A stretch of DNA of 64,000 bases from Hyalangium minutum. Its GTDB lineage: Bacteria; Myxococcota; Myxococcia; Myxococcales; Myxococcaceae. Positions within the stretch are counted from its first letter, which is position 1, and each line of letters starts with the position of its first letter. The DNA lies in assembly GCF_000737315.1 (NCBI RefSeq), contig NZ_JMCB01000022.1:157106-221105 (forward strand), in the 5' to 3' direction. The notes beneath the pieces were generated by a model that did not search any database, was not told the DNA's origin, and saw only the letters and a list, made by a program, of their open reading frames with translations. Both the position numbers and the translations under genes were made by a program. Of the stretch, positions 50,460-58,132 are shown piece by piece.

Positions 50460-51371
50460 GTGTTTGCTCCCAAGAACCTGCTGTGTGCCGCGCTCGCCGC
50501 GAGCCTGTTCTTCTCCGCCTCCAACGCTGAGGCCCGCTTCGGCAAGCGTTCCAACTCCAGTGACTCCGAGCAGCAGAAGGAAGAGAAGAAGAAGGACAAG
50601 GAGGAGCGCCGCGAGTCACCCGCTCCCCGAGTCCATGACGCCTCGGCGGTGAACTCGAGCAGCACCCATGGTGCCTCGCCCGTGGGCAGCAGCCGCCCGC
50701 CGCCTCCTCCGCCGCCGCGTGTCGTCGTCGTCGAGCCCGCTCACGAGCCGGACTACTACGCGCCCCCTCCGCCGAGCTACTACGTCACTCCCGTCCCGAA
50801 CTACGTCGCTCCCGCCCCGAGCGTGGAGGTCCACTCACCGCGCAAGGACACCCTCTACAGCCCACTGCGCCTGGGCCTGGAGGCAGGGTCTGCGGGCGGT
50901 GGCGCGCAGATGAACCTGTCCCTCGCCATTGAGGGCGAGCAGCTGGGCTTGGAGGGCCGCCTCACGGGGCTCGCGCTGCCCACGGATGATGGCTCGGGAG
51001 GCTCGGACTCCATCACCGTGGCCGGCGTGCACCTCACCTACGCCCTCGTCGCGCAGGACCGCCTGCGCTGGCGCGTGGAGGCCGGCTTCACCTCGGCGCA
51101 CGCCCCGGACCTGATCGTCTACGGTCCCAGCCTCGGCACCTCGTTCGAGGCGCGGCTCGGAGGCCCCCTGGACTTCGAGCTGCGTCTCCAGGGCACGCCC
51201 TTCCCGTACCGGCAGGCGGACGCGCAGGCGGCGCTGGCCCTCAAGCTCAACCCATGGGTCCTCCGCGCCGGGTGGCGCACGCTCCTGCTGGACGACGCGG
51301 GCCTGGTGGACGGCGAGGTCCACCGGGACGTCTTCACCGGCCCGTTTGTCGGCGCGGGCCTCATCTTCTAA
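50460..51371 (+). CDS. Secreted protein with small C-terminal beta-barrel, paralogue 3
   Basis: Same AEA-RFGKRS start, LPTDDG loop, C-terminus GLIF. Confidence 0.75.
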   Translation: MFAPKNLLCAALAASLFFSASNAEARFGKRSNSSDSEQQKEEKKKDKEERRESPAPRVHDASAVNSSSTHGASPVGSSRPPPPPPPRVVVVEPAHEPDYYAPPPPSYYVTPVPNYVAPAPSVEVHSPRKDTLYSPLRLGLEAGSAGGGAQMNLSLAIEGEQLGLEGRLTGLALPTDDGSGGSDSITVAGVHLTYALVAQDRLRWRVEAGFTSAHAPDLIVYGPSLGTSFEARLGGPLDFELRLQGTPFPYRQADAQAALALKLNPWVLRAGWRTLLLDDAGLVDGEVHRDVFTGPFVGAGLIF

Positions 51372-51384
51372 CCGGGGCCGGGCG

Positions 51385-52059
51385 TCACTCCTCCGGGGAG
51401 GCGGACATCTCGATCCCCGCGTCCGGCATGGACATGCCCCCCACGGAGGTCTTCTTGCCGCGCCGCTTCGGCGGAGGCGCCAGCTTCGGCTGCATTCCGA
51501 AGAGCCGCTCATAGGTCTCCGGCGTATTGATGTTGACCAGCACGCCCGGATCCTTCACGGACACCCTGCGCAGCTTCACACCGTGCAGCGCCGCATCCAG
51601 CTGCGTCGCGTTCGAGCCCAGCAGCTGCTCGGCCGCCGCGCGTGACAGCACCACCGGGAAGCCCGGAGCTGCCTCGAACTCGGGCCGCAGCCCCTCGTCT
51701 TGCTCACCCATCGCCTTGAGCAGCGACTTGAGCGTCGAGGCACGCACCGCCGGCATGTCCACCGGGTGCAGCAACACCACGTCCGCGCCCTCCTCCAGCG
51801 CCGCCGCCAGCCCCGCCTTGATGGAGGACATGGGGCTCTCCTGCCAATGCAGGCTGTCCACCAGCATCAGGCTCGGGTGCTGCTCTCTCACCGCCTCGCC
51901 GTCCTTGCCGATGACTGCCATCACCGCGCAGCCCGCCTTGCCGAAGGTGGACGCGAGCGACTGAAGGAAGCTCCTGCCGCCCTCGTGTTCGATGAGCGCC
52001 TTGGGGTGGGCCATTCTCCGGGCCTCGCCCGCAGCGAGGATGATCGCCACTGCCTTCAT
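51385..52059 (-). CDS. MocA/MobA-like nucleotidyltransferase (NTP_transf_3)
   Basis: IILAAGEARRMAHPKAL, PVDMP, NINTPE. Confidence 0.88.
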   Translation of the reverse strand: MKAVAIILAAGEARRMAHPKALIEHEGGRSFLQSLASTFGKAGCAVMAVIGKDGEAVREQHPSLMLVDSLHWQESPMSSIKAGLAAALEEGADVVLLHPVDMPAVRASTLKSLLKAMGEQDEGLRPEFEAAPGFPVVLSRAAAEQLLGSNATQLDAALHGVKLRRVSVKDPGVLVNINTPETYERLFGMQPKLAPPPKRRGKKTSVGGMSMPDAGIEMSASPEE

Positions 52060-52276
52060 AACCACGCCTCCTCACGGCCCACGCAGGATCGCGGGGCTAC
52101 GGGCATGAGGCTGGTACCTGTCCGTGAGAATGCAGCCCACCCCAGAGTGTGACCCGTTGGGCAGGCGTCATTCCTGCCCGGCCGTTGTTCGAAAGCAGGT
52201 AGGCCCGGGTCGGTGTCCCGTCGACGGGCCAGCAGATGGCAGCCCCGGCGATCCATCCCCACACCCCGCTCCACGC

Positions 52277-52612
52277 TCAGTGCAACCAGCGCGCACTGCC
52301 AGCGGACACCGCCACGGCCTCGATCGGCAGCTCCGGCTCCCCGGTCATTCCTTCCTCCCCGGCGAGCGCCTTGGCAGTCAAAACTTCAGCAATGGGGAGC
52401 AGCGGGAGCCGTGCCGCAACGCGGCAAAGTTCCGCCTCCGTCACCTCGCCGATCAGCTCTCCGCGGGATTCCTCCACCACGGGCAGTACCGCCAGCCCGT
52501 AGCGCTGCATCACCTGGAGCGCGGCCAACACCGTATCGCTCGGAAACAAGGTGATCGCACGAGAGATGAGGGACTCATTCCGGATGATGCACTTGGCCAC
52601 GCCAACCTCCAC
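52277..52612 (-). CDS. Small CBS-domain protein
   Basis: TLFPSDTVLAALQVMQRYGLAVLPVVE...LIGEVTEAEL. Confidence 0.7.
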   Translation of the reverse strand: MEVGVAKCIIRNESLISRAITLFPSDTVLAALQVMQRYGLAVLPVVEESRGELIGEVTEAELCRVAARLPLLPIAEVLTAKALAGEEGMTGEPELPIEAVAVSAGSARWLH

Positions 52613-52774
52613 ACAGGACTGCCGCCCACGTTCCGGGGAAACCCTTAGGCAAGCCGCGTGCCGATCGATGTGGGTGTATCAACTACCGTGGGGACACAAC
52701 ATCCGACAAGTTTCGAGGATAATGAGAAACAAGCTGATCCACTTCGAAAGATTCCGGACCGGAGCCGCACCACC

Positions 52775-54772
52775 ATGTCCGTCAAACTCACGCCGCCGAC
52801 TCCGGGTTCGCCCAGACGAACCCCCCAAGAGACGCCCGCCGCATCGACCCAGAAGTCCGACGCCTCCAATCCCCTGGCCAGGCTGGGCCAGGGCCTGCAG
52901 CGGGTAGCGCAGCAGGTCGACAAGAACCTCCACCAAGTCGTCGACACGTTCGAGGCCCGCCTCCCCGGAGTGACGGGGCAGGCCGGCGCGGCGACCAAGT
53001 CGTGGGAGGGCATCACCCTCACCGGCAAGCCGCTGCAAATCCCGCTCGACAAGCTGCTGGACGTGGACCTGAGCAAGGTCCGCAAGCTGCTCGAGCGCGT
53101 GGTGCCGCAGAAGATCCGCGACGACGAGGCCAAGAAGTTCACCGGGCAGACGCAGGACTTCCGGGACACGCTGGGCAAGGTGCGCTCGCTGGGCACGGAG
53201 CTGGACATGCTCAAGCCCAACTCGCCTCGGTACAACGAGGTGAAGCAGGCGCTGTCCAAGGCCGAGGGAGACCTGCAGGCGAAGTACGGCTACACGCGAG
53301 CCACCGCGCCGAAGCCGGGCGCCATGTGGGTGGATCCGCAGTTCATGGCCAAGGACGTGCCGAACGGCCAGGTGTCCGCCTCGAAGCTGGCCACGGGCAC
53401 GCCGGTGACGAAGCCGCCCGAGCCGCTGGACTTCCTCTTCGGCGGCAAGCCGGACGGGGCGAAGCAGGCACAGGCGTACCAGGCCTCGGTGGCCGCGAAG
53501 CGCGCCGAGCTGGGCATGCCCATCCAGGACGGCAAGCCGATCGGCGTGCACATGAGCCTGGAGGGCGGCGGCGGCAAGGGCAAGCGCTACGCGGCGATGC
53601 TCTCCGAGATGCGCCAGCTGGGCGTAGTGCCCACGAGCCTCACGGGCACGTCGGCGGGCTCCATCGCGGCGTCGTTCGCGGCCACGGGGGCCTCGCCCGA
53701 GCAGATCGACGCCATCGCCAAGGATCCGCGGCTGCAGAAGCTGTACGACGTGGACCTGGACTTCAAGGACGGCGGGCTCCTCAATGGGCAGGCCGCGTAT
53801 GACCTCTTCGACTCGAAGCTGCGCGAGCTGACTGGCATCAAGGACCGGCCTGTCACCTTCGCGGACCTGAAGGTGCCGCTGCAGCTGGTGGCGGCCAAGG
53901 CCTACGACAGCGCCTCCCCCAACGGCTTCCCCACCACGAAGGACCGGCTCTTCGTCTTCAGCCAGGAGACGACGCCGGACACGCCGGTGGCGCTGGCGAT
54001 GCGCGCCTCCATGGCCATCCCGGGCGTCTTCGAGCCCGTGCAGATGGTGGACCCCACCACGGGCCGCAGCATGCACCTGACGGACGGTGGCTCGCTGGAC
54101 AACCTCCCGATGGGCTACGCGAAGAACAACCTGCCGCAGATCGGCGCGGCGCTGCTGAGCCCGGACTCGAACCACCCGACCAACGCGGTGGGCACCGCCA
54201 AGCCGCTGCCCACGGGCCAACTGGACGCCACCAACGTGCTGTGGAACGCCGTCAACGGCTACACGTTCCTCAAGGACAACGCCACGGGCGCGGCGGACTT
54301 CCGGGACCGGACGGCTCCGGGGGCCAACCAGTTCATGATCAGCCTGCCCACGTGGAACCTGGACAACCCCAAGCAGCAGGACAGCACTCTGGGCTTCGGG
54401 TACGACGCCAAGGTGGACCCCATCCTGGACGGGCAGACGCGCGAGGTGACGCGCAACTTCCTGCGCAACTTCCTGGATGACATGCGCGTGCCGGGCTCGC
54501 GCGGCACCAACGTCACCACCGACGTGCCGAAGAACCTGCGCTTCCAGGAGCAGGTGACGGTGAACGGGCAGAACTACCAGGTCAGCTACAAGGGCGGGGA
54601 CAACCTGCTGGCGCTCAACACCTCGACGGGCAAGACGTCCGAGCTGAAGGTGGGCCAGAAGAAGATCGAAGCCATGTACCTGGACCACCTGGCGTTCGGG
54701 GACCTGAAGGCGCAGCTCGCCCACTCGATCACCAACCCCAAGAGCGTGAAGCCAGACTGGCTCCCGTTCTAG
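52775..54772 (+). CDS. Patatin-like phospholipase with long N-terminal extension
   Basis: GGGGKG oxyanion motif, GTSAG nucleophile, DGG catalytic motif. Confidence 0.9.
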   Translation: MSVKLTPPTPGSPRRTPQETPAASTQKSDASNPLARLGQGLQRVAQQVDKNLHQVVDTFEARLPGVTGQAGAATKSWEGITLTGKPLQIPLDKLLDVDLSKVRKLLERVVPQKIRDDEAKKFTGQTQDFRDTLGKVRSLGTELDMLKPNSPRYNEVKQALSKAEGDLQAKYGYTRATAPKPGAMWVDPQFMAKDVPNGQVSASKLATGTPVTKPPEPLDFLFGGKPDGAKQAQAYQASVAAKRAELGMPIQDGKPIGVHMSLEGGGGKGKRYAAMLSEMRQLGVVPTSLTGTSAGSIAASFAATGASPEQIDAIAKDPRLQKLYDVDLDFKDGGLLNGQAAYDLFDSKLRELTGIKDRPVTFADLKVPLQLVAAKAYDSASPNGFPTTKDRLFVFSQETTPDTPVALAMRASMAIPGVFEPVQMVDPTTGRSMHLTDGGSLDNLPMGYAKNNLPQIGAALLSPDSNHPTNAVGTAKPLPTGQLDATNVLWNAVNGYTFLKDNATGAADFRDRTAPGANQFMISLPTWNLDNPKQQDSTLGFGYDAKVDPILDGQTREVTRNFLRNFLDDMRVPGSRGTNVTTDVPKNLRFQEQVTVNGQNYQVSYKGGDNLLALNTSTGKTSELKVGQKKIEAMYLDHLAFGDLKAQLAHSITNPKSVKPDWLPF

Positions 54773-54799
54773 CGGCGCGGTTCAACTGGGAAGAGGCGC

Positions 54800-55699
54800 G
54801 TGTCGGATTCCTTCTATCAGCAGCGGCTTCCGCAGCCGGCGAAGCGCTCGTGGATGCCGTGGCTGATCACCGTGCTGGTGGTGCTGCTGGCACTGGGAGC
54901 GGTGGGATACAGCTATGGCCTCTCCCGCACCGCCCAGACTCGGGCCGACGCGGCGGAGGCCGAGGGCCTCAAGGCCCACGAGCGCGCCAAGGCGGCGGAG
55001 CTGGCCCAGCGGGAGCTGGAGGCCAAGCTGGCGGCGATCGACTCGGAGAAGTCGCAGCTGTCCACCCAGCTCACCCAGCTCTCCACCGAGCGCGATCAGC
55101 TCTCGCAGGCGGTGCAAGAGAAGGACGCGGAGCTGGCCCGCATCAAGGCCACGTTCCAGGACCTGGAGGAGAAGATGAAGGCGGAGATCGCCGACGGCGA
55201 GATCCGTCTGTCGCAAGGCGAGGGCCGCATCCAGGTGGACCTGGTGGACAAGATCCTCTTCGACTCGGGCGAGGCCACCCTCACCGAGCGCGGCGCCAGC
55301 GTGCTCACGCGGCTGGGCGCGGTGCTCGCGGGGGTGGAGGGCCGCAGCATCCAGGTGTCGGGACACACGGATGACAGCCCTCCTTCTCAGCGGCTCGCCG
55401 CCACGTTCCCCACCAACTGGGAGCTGTCCGTGGCGCGCGCGGTGAACGTGGTGCGCTTCCTTCAGGAGAAGGCGAAACTCCCGGCGCGCCGGCTCGTGGC
55501 CTCGGGCTATGGCGAGACGCACCCAGTGGCCAGCAATGCCACGCCCAAGGGCCGTGCGCGCAACCGCCGCATCGAGATCCTTCTCATCCCCGATCTGGCC
55601 GCCGCCAAGACGGAGCTCACCGAGGCTGCTGCGAAACCGGCGCCGGGAGCCACGGACGTGCAGCCCACCAAGGCAGCGGTGAAGCCCGGCTCTCATTGA
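54800..55699 (+). CDS. OmpA/MotB-like peptidoglycan-binding membrane protein
   Basis: TM helix, coiled coil, ILFDSG, GHTD, NWELSVARA, NRRIE. Confidence 0.88.
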   Translation: MSDSFYQQRLPQPAKRSWMPWLITVLVVLLALGAVGYSYGLSRTAQTRADAAEAEGLKAHERAKAAELAQRELEAKLAAIDSEKSQLSTQLTQLSTERDQLSQAVQEKDAELARIKATFQDLEEKMKAEIADGEIRLSQGEGRIQVDLVDKILFDSGEATLTERGASVLTRLGAVLAGVEGRSIQVSGHTDDSPPSQRLAATFPTNWELSVARAVNVVRFLQEKAKLPARRLVASGYGETHPVASNATPKGRARNRRIEILLIPDLAAAKTELTEAAAKPAPGATDVQPTKAAVKPGSH

Positions 55700-55732
55700 G
55701 CTCGCGCCTCACCGCCCGCCTGGGCCACCGGA

Positions 55733-56263
55733 CTACTCCTTCTTCATTCCCTCGAGCATCTTGCGGAAGGTCTTCTCCGCGCCCGCCACTGTCTTCTCCG
55801 GACCGGTGAGCTTGAAGAAGACCGCGCCGCTTGGGCCCTCGACGATGGCGCCGATGAGCCGGAAGCTGGGCTTGGGCGTGGCCGGGCCCATCATCGGACC
55901 GCCACCCGCGTAGGTGCCCTTCACGTCCACCGTCGTCACCGGGAAGCCCGCGACCGTCTCCTTCTTCGTCTTCGCATCCTTCTCCACGGAGGTGCCATCC
56001 GCCTTCTGGAACTGGCTCACCCACCGCTTCACGTTGGCGTCCACGCCGCCGCCCTGGCCCTCGCCAAAGTAGAAGACGGCCAGCTCCGCGCCCTCCGTGT
56101 CACCCTTGGCCGCGGGGATGCTGTAGGTCGCCACGCGCATGGGGCGCTCGCCCTGCGCTGTCCACTCAGTGGGAGCCGTCCACTTCAAACCACCCGCCCC
56201 CTCGGCGCGGGCTACACCCGCCACCGCGAGGCTCAACATCACGACAGTGAGCATTCGGTTCAT
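55733..56263 (-). CDS. Secreted hypothetical protein
   Basis: Signal peptide ending ARA; MRVATY, GGGVDANVKRW, FFKLTGP. Confidence 0.75.
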   Translation of the reverse strand: MNRMLTVVMLSLAVAGVARAEGAGGLKWTAPTEWTAQGERPMRVATYSIPAAKGDTEGAELAVFYFGEGQGGGVDANVKRWVSQFQKADGTSVEKDAKTKKETVAGFPVTTVDVKGTYAGGGPMMGPATPKPSFRLIGAIVEGPSGAVFFKLTGPEKTVAGAEKTFRKMLEGMKKE

Positions 56264-56333
56264 ACCGTCAGCGTAACCGAAGCCCTCGTGCCGTGCTCGG
56301 CTGCCAGTACACGGCAGGCGGCCGAGCGAACAT

Positions 56334-57371
56334 TCAGCCCGCTGCGGGAATGGGCTCGCGCCGCAGCTTGCGCCAGCGGTAGGGGCACTCGCGCAGGTGC
56401 AGCACGGAGTCCAGCCGGGCATGGCCCGCGAACATCCCGTCCTGCATCGCCTCGCAGTAGAGCTCCACTGGCTTCACGAAGCGCGCGTTCCACGGCCCCC
56501 GGTCGATGGTGAGCACGTACATGTACCCGTCCGCCACGCCGAACGCGTCGTAGCACTCGATGAGCGGATCCTGCAGCGCCTGCAGGCTGGGCCACACCGA
56601 ACCCACCGGCGGCCCCGCCAGCGGCTGTGTGTCCAGCATCCCCACCAGCTTCCCACCCGGGAATTCGGGCAGCGGATCCACCGCGAAGGAGAGCCGGTCC
56701 CCCTCGCGGGCCATCAGCATGTCCGCCTCGCCGAACGCGTGGAACTTGAACTCGGCCAGCGTGTTGCCGATGCGGCGCATCAGCGCGTCATTGGTCTCGC
56801 TGCGCACGAAGTAGCCGCCGCGCCGCAAGCGCCCCCGCGCATTGCGGTAGTGCACCGCCGCGCGGTAGCTCACCTGGTAGAAGTTGAAGCCCGCCAGCCC
56901 CGCGAGCCCCTGGGGACGCATCTCGCGCAGCGAGGACATCAGCACCTGCACCCACGCGGTGCCCCGGTGCAGCTCGGGCTCCAGCGGCGCGGGCAGCACC
57001 TTCGAGAGCTCGGCCGGATCCACCGCGTAGTTCAGTGAGAGCGCCTCCACCCACACCGTCTGCACCTGGGTGAGCCAGGGCACAGAGGGACACTCCTCCA
57101 TGTCCTCGCTGGAGGGGCTCATGTCCTGGGCGCGCTCGAGCGTGGCGTAGGTCTCCCGCAGCGCCGCGTGCCCGAGCGGGGTCGCCATGTAGAAGCCATC
57201 CTCCTCCACCAGCATCCCCCGCTTGCCCAGCGCGCGCAGGGCCGCCGCCACCGCCACGCGAGGCATCTCCGCGCGCTGCAACCGGTCGAGAATCGTCTCC
57301 TCCTCGACCCCGAGCGGTTCCATCGCAAGGGTCACCATCACGGCCAGCTCGGGGGGAGTAAGCCGAATCAT
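56334..57371 (-). CDS. Winged-HTH-like domain fused to a DUF2071/YqjF-like domain
   Basis: N-terminal AVAAALRALGKRGMLVEEDGFYMATPLG; C-terminal LNYAVDPAEL..LP..LEP, NFYQVSYR, GGYFVRSE. Confidence 0.65.
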   Translation of the reverse strand: MIRLTPPELAVMVTLAMEPLGVEEETILDRLQRAEMPRVAVAAALRALGKRGMLVEEDGFYMATPLGHAALRETYATLERAQDMSPSSEDMEECPSVPWLTQVQTVWVEALSLNYAVDPAELSKVLPAPLEPELHRGTAWVQVLMSSLREMRPQGLAGLAGFNFYQVSYRAAVHYRNARGRLRRGGYFVRSETNDALMRRIGNTLAEFKFHAFGEADMLMAREGDRLSFAVDPLPEFPGGKLVGMLDTQPLAGPPVGSVWPSLQALQDPLIECYDAFGVADGYMYVLTIDRGPWNARFVKPVELYCEAMQDGMFAGHARLDSVLHLRECPYRWRKLRREPIPAAG

Positions 57372-57982
57372 ACGAGTCGCGCCTGAACACCGCCGGTTGC
57401 CAGGCGCTTGCGCCGGGCGCGGTGCAGCAAGAGTCCACCGGTGAGCTGGGTGATGAACCACATCCCCCCGAGCACCCCAAAGCCCACCTCGGGCATGCGT
57501 GCCAGGCCCAGCGCGGCCAGCGCGTAGATGACCGCGGCCGCGTACCAGGCCCGCCCCATGAGCGCGCCCATGACGGAGAAGGACATGGCGATGAGGATGC
57601 ACCCCACCGACGGCATGAAGAGCAGGTCCAGCCCCATCATCCAGTTGGCCAGCGCCACCAGCACCATGCCCCCCATGCACGTGGTCCAGATGGACCACAC
57701 CTGCCGCTCGATGAAAGAGCGCACTCCGGCTGCCTCTTTCCGCTGCAGCCAGAAGATGGTCACCAGGTTGAGGGGGATGACGAGGGCCCAGAGCAGGATG
57801 AAGGGGCCCGGCGTGCGGTAACCCTGTTGAAACAGCAGGTGCGTACCGAGAAAGCCTCCGCCGTTGGTGAAGGCGTGGAGGATCCAGATGACACCCCAGT
57901 TCTGGAGCGCCGTGTCATCTCGGGCCTGGGTGACGACGCGACGCAGGAGCTGCAAAGCCTCGGCGGCCTCTTCTCGGTTCAT
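57368..57982 (-). CDS. Integral membrane protein (about 6 TM segments)
   Basis: Hydrophobic helices; stop overlaps the next start (ATGA). Confidence 0.72.
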   Translation of the reverse strand: MNREEAAEALQLLRRVVTQARDDTALQNWGVIWILHAFTNGGGFLGTHLLFQQGYRTPGPFILLWALVIPLNLVTIFWLQRKEAAGVRSFIERQVWSIWTTCMGGMVLVALANWMMGLDLLFMPSVGCILIAMSFSVMGALMGRAWYAAAVIYALAALGLARMPEVGFGVLGGMWFITQLTGGLLLHRARRKRLATGGVQARLV

Positions 57983-58132
57983 TCGCGGCTGGGAGCCTAC
58001 TCGAAGGAGAAAGCAGGTACGTTACCCTGGATGTGACTCAGTGCGTCACTTTGCAAGGCTTCCGGAACCCTCTGGCACGTGCTACCACCCCCGGCCGCTG
58101 CTGTAGTCCCACCTTGGAGGGGGTTACCCAAC

